Positions 54,065 to 64,000 of a stretch of DNA of 64,000 nt are shown here, in pieces. Numbering within the stretch: the stretch's first letter is position 1; each line of letters begins with the position of its first letter. The notes under the pieces are model-generated. The model did not search any database and was not told the DNA's origin. It saw only the letters and a program-made list of their open reading frames with translations. Origin of the DNA: Octopus vulgaris (Eukaryota); contig CATOCA020000001.1 of the NCBI GenBank assembly GCA_951406725.2, positions 1,488,001-1,552,000 of the forward strand, written 5' to 3'. The translations under genes and the position numbers were made by a program.

Positions 54065-55190
54065 TCATTATTCACTGTTATTTCAAGATTTGTTGGCAAT
54101 AGAGGAGAGAGTTTCTATCCTACACTGGAATTTCAACAACATCAATATTGCCATCATTTCGGAACTTTCTACCAACATATCCATGCATAGTCTTCTGTTT
54201 ATAGATCCTCATCCGTTCATCTAATGATACGTTGCGGTAGAGTCATGCGACATCTTTGAGCATGTATTCTGTTATCAGATAAGGAATGTTGCTCAAGGAG
54301 CTGCCTTCCAAGTCATATGAATTATGCAAACTTGGTCAAAGGATGCACTTTGACATTTGTGGTTATAAGATGTTACCGAAAGGATATGATACGACATTCA
54401 AAGACATTTTGCATCGATGTTAAGCCCCTGCCGCCTTGTTTTCGTTTTAAGGAGAGGGGGTCTACTTCACCGTTTATGTGGAAATTATGTGTACTTGTCA
54501 GTATTTTCCGGGTTTTCACATAAACAGCTCGGATCTCATCAAGTGTCCAATAAAACAGCCCAAATGTCAGTATGAGTACTTGCACAGAACACACGTTGTG
54601 GGCCAATGTTTTATTGAATGCATAGATTTCTGCGGTTGAAATGTTATTTATTCAGCTGTAATGTTCTTTGTTTATACTTTAATGACACCAGTAAGTTAAT
54701 GGTACCTGTAAAAAAGCACTTGTTTTTTTACAGGTGCTGTTATGAGATATATTTTCAACCACCCCTAGATATCTGTAACATTCCTCTTCAGATATAGGGG
54801 AAACTGTCAGGTCATTGATGGCGATGTTGCTAGTCTGGTTTACATTTTTCGCCCTTTTCACAACCATATAACATTTATCCTGAACAAACGCCAACCCCAC
54901 ATTTTTTGAGAATGTTGTAACTTGGTCAAAGCTCCTTTTCATCTCATCCATATTCTTTGCATAAAGTTTTAAGTCATCCACAAAGAAACAGCGTTCAATT
55001 TTGTAATTTCTGTTTCCTTTTGAACCAATGAGATATCCTTAACATGAATGACATGAGGTTTACAGAAAGTATAAACAACATCATAACGAGGTTGTCCCCT
55101 TGGAATATGCCTTTGCGATATTGTATTCTGTCAGTGATAATAGTCACTCTTTGTGTTTAATTTCATGATGGTGGCCCACAATGAAATCAG
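54065..55190 (-). mobile_element. RLE-type non-LTR retrotransposon RT fragment
   Basis: GIFQGD-like, DDLKLYA, YRYLG and GGRGLTSMQNVFECRI segments. Confidence 0.8.
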
Positions 55191-57149
55191 GTCAGCTATG
55201 GCTTTGATTATGGCTCACTGGAAATTTAGCAAGCTGAATGGCTTCTAGCATCCATGAGTGTGTATGTATGTACGTATGTACGTATGTATGTATGTATGTA
55301 TGTACGTATGTATATGTATGTACATATGTATGTATGTATATCTGTATGTATGTATGTATGTATGTATGTATGTATGTATGTATGTATGTATGTATGTACG
55401 TATATATGTATGTATGTATGTATGTCCGTATGTGAAAATGTATGTATGTATGTGTGTGCGTATGTACATACATATACATACTGACTCATATATTTTCTCG
55501 AGTGATGTGCTTCATCGGACTCCATTTTAAGTCTGTCATTTGGAACCTTCGCTGTTTATGCCGGATTCTTCTCCGTTATAAACAATCAAGGCAGGTCTTT
55601 GGTTTCAGGATATCTTCCTACTTTCCCCCAACCAATCACAGCAGCCTTCTGAATGATCATGAGCATTGATCGTCTTCCTGGCTAAGCGCTAAATATATAC
55701 TTTACCTCTCTACTTCGTTTTCTTCCTCACTCTCCTCCGCAGCATCACTCTTACCAACCCACATCCTCACATTATTTGTCCCTCCGCCCACATTTACACT
55801 TTATACACACTTCACACGCTAGACCACAGTTTCTACCTACACATCTCACTTCGGTAGCACAGTTACTCTCTGCACACTTTATTACACACAAAGACAAACA
55901 CACACACACACACACACACACACAACTTTGTCCCATTGGATATTCTACATTTGACACACACATACAGATGCATACACACTCGTACATAGACTCATACATA
56001 TTCACGCACACTCACTCTTCAAACACATACACACACTCACACACACATACCCATACTCACAAGTGCTGCCCTCACACATTCGCTTTTGCACCCAACGTTT
56101 TGCTTTGTATCTCTAAACCACTCACTTCTCTTTCTCCCCCTCCTCCTCCCCTCCCTTTTCCTCCCACTACTGCTTGGCTCCTACTAACAGTTTACCTCCC
56201 CTATACGCACACATACCGCACCCTTCTTCTCTCCCTTTCCATTCGTGTTCACTCTTCTTCGAATAAAACCACTTTTGCTCTTCTCTCCTTCTTTCGTCAG
56301 CCATTTTCTGTCTCTCACTTAACCCATGTGTACCAACCCTTTGCTTGTACCGTTTACATTATTTGACCTTCATGAAGTGTGCCATCCTTTTCAGACATTT
56401 TACATTACTGAATGTTTTGCCTGCATTTTGCCCTTTCTTGTCTTGGTATTTGATCTTCTGAAGCAACTTTTCTCTCCTATTCGATTTTTATCCTATAGAT
56501 TCTACTGCAACTGTCCATGTCACGTCTTGCTGACTTTACAGTGTTCCCAGAGCATTGAACAGCAGTGATGGTGTCTGAATTGTGGTAACCGTCATGAATT
56601 ATCATGAATACAGGTTTCTCTCTTCCAATATTTAGATGGCTTTCAAGGCGGCAAGCTGGCAGAAACGTTAACACACCGGGCGCAAAGCTTAGCAGTATTT
56701 CGTCTGATTTTTCACGTTCTGTGTTCAAATTCCACAGAGGTCGACTTTGCTTTTATCCTTTCGGGGTAGCAGTTGCGTACTGGGGTCGATCCAATCGACT
56801 GGCCCTCTCCCCACCAAATTTCATGCCTTGTGCCTAGAGTAGCAAAGAATATTTAGATGGCTTCCAGTCCGCCATATCAGCTTTTTTCTCAGCTACAACT
56901 TTATGCTCTCTAACGCCTTTGCTTACCAATACACTACGTTTTCCTTAATATAATGGGACATAAAATCGTTATATTTAATACCGACACTCTGTATATCCAT
57001 CCATCTACCATCTTCAACGCTCATTATTCCTGGGAGGGTCATGAGGACATCTGGTGCCTCAGGTACCTCCTGCATAGGGTACTATCAGAGGCAACTGCCA
57101 ATACGCATACTGATTGAATTCTCAAGCATGACCAAATGAGACTATGGAT

Positions 57150-57460
57150 ATTTTCTAGCCATCTCTTTTTGGTCTACCTCTACATTCTCTGCTGTTTTGC
57201 ATCATTTTAAAGAATCGATCTTGCGATTTTGTCATGTGACATCCTAATCGCATGTCCGCATTACCGGAAATGTAGTGGCACAATACGGAAATGTACCGAC
57301 CTGATCTGGAGAGACTCCCTCATCTCCAAAGTACACACTGTGTCGAGTAAAGCTACTCCAGTTTTTTCGGAGGAATCCCATTTCGGCCGCTTCTGTTTGA
57401 GATCAGACTCTTTCAGTCGTTAGCCAATATTCATGACAACAGATGAGAATGGGCACGAAA
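57150..57460 (-). mobile_element. Old RTE-like LINE 3' fragment
   Basis: QTEAAEMGFLRK resembles the RTE post-RT AAEMxFLR motif. Confidence 0.45.
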
Positions 57461-58130
57461 CCCAAACTGAAGATAGTGTGTTTGGCTTTGTTACCAAGTT
57501 GTCCTCTTCTGGGGATCGAATACTGGAACTTTTTTGTATCTCGGGAGGGTCATTAAGCCAATAAAAAACACACGTACTGGTTCTATTTCACTTCATTATT
57601 CGTCACTTTGTTAACAATTTGTTAACGAATTAACTAAATGAATGTTTGATTAACCGTTTGGTTAACCTCTCAACCAGTTATGGTTGTTAGCGACATTTTG
57701 TTGTCAATCGTGACCGCTTCGATGACTTGTTTTTGTTCTATACTTATGTAGTTGTGAGAGAGAGTGTACGTGAGAGAGAGGGTTAGAGAGTATGTCTGTG
57801 TACATATGTGTGTGTACATGTGAGCGTACATTCATGTGTGCGCTGTTGTGAATGTTTGCGTATGTATGTTTGTGTATGTCTGTTTGCGCTCGCGCCCATG
57901 TGTGTGTGTGTGTGTGTGTGCTGTTGATGGTTTGTGTGATACAGTTGAATCTATAAGTTCGGTAGAGCGAAGATGTGAATGTAAAGCGTGCGAATGGTAA
58001 AACGTTTATTCCTCATATCTTTATCTATAGTTTCCCTTTCATGAGACATGATATTGCAAGCTTCAGAGAATAACCCGGATTTTCTTAGTATTAATAATAA
58101 AAGAAAAGACGAAACGAGAATTTTACTTAC

Positions 58131-58288
58131 TTTGACATTGCGAATAATCCAGTATAGGTATTCGTTTCCCTGAGCCTTCCTGACACGTGCCAGAGGCAGC
58201 CACAGTTCTGTTATAGACTTTTTGAATATACTTAACGAAGGCTGGCAAGTGACATCCACACTTCATAAGGTTATTGTTTCGGAGGTAA
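58131..58288 (-). CDS. Adhesion-GPCR-like gene, exon A: last LRR plus LRR C-terminal cap
   Basis: tattacag| acceptor and |gtaagt donor; 158 nt, phase 2->1. Reads YLRNNNLMKCGCHLPAFVKYIQKVYNRTVAASGTCQEGSGKRIPILDYSQCQ, matching the LRRCT NxxxCxCxL...C...C pattern. Confidence 0.8.
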
Positions 58289-58887
58289 CTGTAATAGTAA
58301 AGAGAACTTTGGATGCGTTTCAGATCAACAGAGAAATTCCTATGTGATTTGACAAGAAACAAAGATTATAAAATTTGAGCAGGTTTATAAACGCTATGAC
58401 CTACATTTTTTTAAGTGTTGTTAATAACATCAATATTGCGAAATGGTTTCTAGTAGAAAGTGGAAGCACTAAGTTTCTATTCTCTTTTAGCTTAGATATT
58501 GAATAATATAGTACCTTTAACTAAGATTACTAGCCACTTGAAACGATTCTATTTTATTGTAGTTTAGGGACATTTTAGTGTCGGAAAATTGGTGGTAGGG
58601 CTCTTGCGCCGCTCTATCTGAGAAAACTCATTTAGACGGGTGGCTTTGGCGCTAAGAGGGTCGTGTTTATTCTATGTAGCAACTGGTTTTAAAACTAGAG
58701 ACGTACCAGCGCAGAAACTGAGAGATTACAGTGTTGTACATTTTATAGCTTCAGCGGTAAAGACATGTATAGTAATACTCCTAATTAAGAAGGGGAAAAT
58801 TAATATTCAATTTTGATATATCAATTTGAATATTTTCAGTCAATAATAAATCTCTGATCGAGATGTAAACAGTAACCGCTCGACAAC

Positions 58888-59223
58888 GTAAAGTATAATA
58901 GCCATCTCAATATGGCTAACCACTAAGGGTGGGTGTTACTATAGCTTTTAACCCCAGGAGATCATCGTCAACGCACGGTATTCACCGGTTTACGATCGTA
59001 AACCGGTGATTACCGTGCGTTGACAAGAGGCAAATACCTCGAAACTGCGGTCCGTGCGTATCACTTAGGCTTATGAGAGAGGGATGACCTCCCTTTGCAA
59101 ATACCATAAGGGCACAGATAGTGTGCCTAAAGCCAGCTGGAGACGATGATCTCCTGGGGCTACAAGCTACAGTAACACCCAGCCTTAGTGGATAGCCATA
59201 TTGAGATGGCTAGTATACTTTAC
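58888..59223. mobile_element. MITE with ~80 bp TIRs and a nested palindrome
   Basis: gtaaagtataatagccatctcaatatggc... / ...gccatattgagatggctagtatactttac. Confidence 0.85.
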
Positions 59224-59302
59224 AGTATTTTCAGTGTTTTTCAAAAAAGAGCAACAGAAAGAACAACAGCAACAATGTCAACAAAAATACAACAACAACA
59301 AC

Positions 59303-59351
<49 letters not shown>

Positions 59352-59371
59352 TTAATAATAATAATAATAAT

Positions 59372-59413
<42 letters not shown>

Positions 59414-59419
59414 TAAACA

Positions 59420-59660
59420 ACAATGACTATTTGAAGTGAGAAATAGAAGGTTGTTGACAATGAAGAGAGTAGAGGTGATACCAGTAGTAATTGGTACATT
59501 TGGAAGTATTAGCACTCAACTACCAGCATGACTGAAAACAATTGGTACAAGTGTGAAGGTAGAACACCTAAAAGAAATCAGTATTGCTTGGAACGCAAGA
59601 ATTCTTCGTAGGGTTCTTGAAGTATAAACAGTAAACAAGTAACACTTTCCATCAAACCCA
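59420..59660 (+). mobile_element. Short RLE LINE 3' remnant
   Basis: VEVIPVVIGTFGSI between (AAT)n and (GAT)n. Confidence 0.7.
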
Positions 59661-59684
59661 GAAAAGTAAGCTGTGAGTTTTCAT

Positions 59685-59759
<75 letters not shown>

Positions 59760-59891
59760 ATGATGGTGATGATTATGATGATGATGGTGATGATAATGAT
59801 GATGATGATTATGATGGTGATGATTATGATGATGATGGTGGTGATAATGAGGATGATGATTATGATGGTGATGATTATGATGATGATGATT

Positions 59892-59930
<39 letters not shown>

Positions 59931-59939
59931 GTGATGATA

Positions 59940-59970
<31 letters not shown>

Positions 59971-60009
59971 GGAGGAGGAGGAGGATCGAAAGAGCTGAGG
60001 AAAAGAGAA

Positions 60010-60859
60010 AAGAATACCTTCTTTAAATCAGAATGCATGGACAGTTTGAAAGGAATAAATAGGACGTTAAGGTTAATACAGCATCGTGGGCATGGCTTGA
60101 GCGAAGTGATTTGAAGCGTACCACTGAAAGCCTGATCATTGCTGCATAAGACCAGGCTCTCGCTACCATATCAGTGAAGTATAACATCTATAAAACTTCT
60201 GACACCCAGCAATGCAGACTCTGTGGAAAGAGTGTGGAAAATGTGACCCACTTGAGAAGTGGATGTGAGAGCCTTGCACTAAAAGAATACGAGCACCGCA
60301 ACGATAAAGTGTATGTGTATCTTCATTGGTTTTTATGCCATAAATACCAATATGAAGTAACAGAGAACTGGTATGAGTATGTACCAAGTAAAGTTATGCA
60401 GGAAGATGTACAAGTAATGATACTCTGGGACTATGATTTTCAGACGGATCGTGTAATCGAAAACCGTCGGTTGGATATTGTCATATTGAATAAGAGAGAC
60501 AAATACTGTCAGATCATTGATGTAGCCATACCAAATGACAACAATGTTATGAGTAAAGGGGTTGAAAGAATCACCAAGTACTCCGAAATGAAAGCGGAAA
60601 TGGCAAGATTGTATGGAATGCGAGAGGGTAATGTAAAAGTGATACCAGTGGTGATCGGAGCGTTGGGCTCAATCCCATTGAAACTTCAAGACTTTTTAAA
60701 GCAAGTGGAAATCCCAAGCAAGATTTATGTCTTGCAAAAATCAGACTTGATGGCCACAGTGCACATCATAAGGAAAGTATCATTTGTCTGAGGTCCTTGC
60801 TGTGACTTGACAGATGACTAAAGACTCCGATGCGTTTTTACCTACACTGTGTTATGAAG

Positions 60860-60860
<1 letters not shown>
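60010..60860 (+). mobile_element. R4/Dong-like RLE LINE 3' end followed by (AAT)n
   Basis: CRLC...H...C knuckle, LWDYDFQTDR, R.DIV, IIDVAIP and IPVVIGALG. Confidence 0.9.
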
Positions 60861-60931
<71 letters not shown>

Positions 60932-60936
60932 TAATC

Positions 60937-61011
<75 letters not shown>

Positions 61012-61040
61012 GAAAAATTAATAATAATAATAATAATAAT

Positions 61041-61092
<52 letters not shown>

Positions 61093-61094
61093 GA

Positions 61095-61812
61095 CCCATC
61101 AATGGCTAATGGCCTCTGGCTTAAAATCTGAAACAGAGGGGTTTATCATAGCAGCTCAAGATCAATGCCTACCAACAAGAAACTACCAGGCCAACATATT
61201 AAAGAACGGCAGTAGCCCAACATGTCGTGTATGCCGACAACAAAATGAAACCATTGATCATGTTGTCTCCAAATGCAGTCTTCTAGCGCCTACAGAGTAC
61301 CTCAACAGGCATGATAAAGCTGCACAATATATTCATTGGGTAATGTGCAAAAACCTGGATTTGCCCCATGAAAAAAACTGGTGGGAACTCAAACAACCCC
61401 CAGTGCTTGAAAATGACCACATTTCACTCCTCTGGAACTTCCCCATTCAAACTGACAGGAAGATAGATGCAAATAGGCCAGACATCATATTGAAAGACTT
61501 CAGATAAAGAACATGCCTCCTCATTGATATGACTCTCCCAATCGATATAAACGTATCTGTCAAGACCTACCAAAAACTGAGCAAATATAAAGATCTTGAA
61601 ATAGAAATCAGCAAAATGTGGAAACTGAAGACTAAAACAATACCTGTTGTCATAGGTGCCCTGGGAATGATAGCGAAAGGGACTGATTGCTACCTAACTC
61701 AGATACCAGGAAACCCCAAAATGGCAGAAGTTCAAAAGATAGTGCTCATGGGAACTGCTCATATCCTACGCAAAATACTCTCTATGTAATCCCAAGGTTT
61801 AAAACAAACTTT

Positions 61813-61855
<43 letters not shown>

Positions 61856-61995
61856 TTTTATTTTTATGTATTAGACATTCACTAGTATAACACCAAAAAA
61901 AACCCAAATATATGGCACAGAACTTCCAACCTGTTGTCTCTTGAGGTCTCTGGGTGAGACTTGGAGCCAACTTGTACAGACATAAAGCAAAAGTC
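61095..61995 (+). mobile_element. R4/Dong-like RLE LINE 3' end followed by (AAT)n
   Basis: ETEGFIIAAQDQ, CRVC..ETIDH...C, RPDII, KLSKYKDL and IPVVIGALG; one stop at 61505. Confidence 0.92.
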
Positions 61996-62093
61996 AAACA
62001 TAGAAAATAATAATAATAATAATAATAATAATAGTAATAATAATAGTAATAATAATAATAATAATAATAGTAATAATAATAATAATAATAATA

Positions 62094-62132
<39 letters not shown>

Positions 62133-62240
62133 GTAATAATAATAATAATAATAATAGTAGTAATAATAGTAATAATAATAATAATAATAATAGTAATAAT
62201 AGTAATAATAAAAAAAATAATAGTAATAATAATAATAATA

Positions 62241-62278
<38 letters not shown>

Positions 62279-62327
62279 TATAATAATTATAATAATAATG
62301 ATAATAATAATAATAATAATAATAAAA

Positions 62328-62366
<39 letters not shown>

Positions 62367-62373
62367 GTAATAA

Positions 62374-62444
<71 letters not shown>

Positions 62445-62966
62445 GCTCTGATGCAGTACCAGGTTGTGGCTCTCATGGCTTTTCATCTTAACTGATTAGA
62501 AGGATTATCATGTACATTGTTTTGTCTTGGTATAAAAGATGGGCTACAGCAAATATTCTGCTCATTATCACAGATTTGCTTGTCAGTTGTTTGACCTTAA
62601 CCAGATGGAAATGTCTCTGATCACGAATAGAATTAGTGGGAATGCATCATAGCCATGTGTTGAGTGGAAATCTTTGAGATTTTAATAATTCACCTTAGGA
62701 AACACGTTTTTTTTTCATCCTTAAACAAACCTAATTCAGGGACCTTTTGAACAGGATGGGCTACTCAATCTGAAGAAAATTCTAAGTGGCTCCACCTGCA
62801 ACATCATGCACTGTTTATCTTCATATAAGATTACCATATTGCGCACATGTGGTCGTGATGCATATACCTGGTGTACCCTTATCAGACAGGTAATCATGAT
62901 AGGTATATTGGGCTTCCTATATTTTACCCTAGTGTCATTTTGGTGGCATGCGCGGCTCTTTCACCC

Positions 62967-63007
<41 letters not shown>

Positions 63008-63009
63008 AC

Positions 63010-64000
63010 AAACATCGAAAACAAGGACATCCTATGGAGCCAACGATTTACTAACAAAGAATTGGACTGTATCCGTGTAAGTAATACTAATTGAAATTTA
63101 TTACTATTTTCGAAACGAAATGATCTATTTTGACTCGATATTATCTCCACCTCTAACACAACACATGTAAACATGCGTGGAACATCATGATCACCCCCGA
63201 CCTCAAACACCATGTACAAAGGAACTACGAAGAAATTAAATGCCACCGATACTATTCAACCCAAGAATAACAATCGAGCGGTACGTACATTAAACTTACA
63301 ACAAAAAATGTACGAAAAACTACACGTGCGAAATAATGTGACAACAGAAATAAACGTACCTCATGTCCCGCAAATAAAACCCAAAAGACGTAAATGGACA
63401 CGTGAGGAATACATTTCTATCTTACACGCATACTTCACAGCAGTACTCTACCCAAAAAAGGAAAATACAACAACACATACATATAAAATATGGAAGGAAA
63501 ATAATAGAGATATAGACTTGGATACAGCAATGAACCCTAATAAATTAGCTACCGTACGAAGATACATTCTCAACACAAAAAAATATCAGAAATAGAAATA
63601 GAACACCTTAACGAAAACATACACCAGGAAAATGTAGATAGAAGCCACACAACAATGCCCAATAATATAAACACTGAAACTGTAAAACACGAAGACAAAC
63701 GCAACATTCCCAACAAACACGATGTAAACAACGAAGGGGAGCCTAATGATTATGATAATATAAAAAATAAAATAATCTTAGAACTGAAAACCACAGAGCC
63801 CAAAATGGACAACCGACCATACCTCCCAAGAATAAAAATAAACGAAATAACAACACCAATTATAAACAGCATAAACCTAGCCGTCACTGAAACAAAAAAA
63901 AGTGATATCACTGAACTAAATGACTTGATATACGCAGCAGCCACTGCAGCCCCAAAAGAAGCTGGATACTCACCAAACCCGCCCAAACAGGAGTACCACC
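63010..64000 (+). mobile_element. 5' region of an R4/Dong-like LINE, running off the window
   Basis: Starts right after (AAT)n. KRRKWTREE...KLATVRRYIL and RPYLPR...LIYAAATA resemble the N-terminal region of this clade. Confidence 0.65.

Larger units (their letters stand above)
59290..63005. repeat. Series of (AAT)n and (GAT)n arrays
   Basis: 59290-59413, 59685-59985, 60860-61092, 62005-62442 and 62967-63005. Confidence 0.97.

Noticed and set aside
59652-62495. Poly-His, poly-Met, poly-Asn, poly-Ile and poly-Tyr ORFs
   Set aside because: Translations of (GAT)n and (AAT)n arrays.

Overview
AT-rich, microsatellite-laden eukaryotic DNA. The SINE families, (TA)n/(TATG)n/(AAT)n load and gene type suggest a coleoid cephalopod such as Octopus; this is an inference. 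Most of the window is transposon debris: a near-full-length RTE LINE with C-terminal C2H2 fingers, a CR1-type LINE, several RLE (R4/Dong-like) LINE pieces stacked in (AAT)n, Tc1/mariner, MULE and Helitron relics, MITEs, SINEs and Penelope-type hammerhead motifs. Among this I could hand-splice eight phase-compatible minus-strand exons (58288->43346) encoding an adhesion-GPCR-type ectodomain: LRR C-cap, Ly6/uPAR-like three-finger domain, SEA-like domain, HRM. A duplicated three-exon SEA module follows in frame (37294->33386), and both SEA copies carry a highly conserved candidate stop-containing terminal exon. A lone adhesion-GPCR TM5-TM7 exon lies on the opposite strand (24615-25003). There is also a ~3 kb inverted duplication and several near-perfect palindromes. 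Most ORF-track entries are microsatellite artefacts. Splice models, alignments and RNA folds were done by eye and need computational confirmation.
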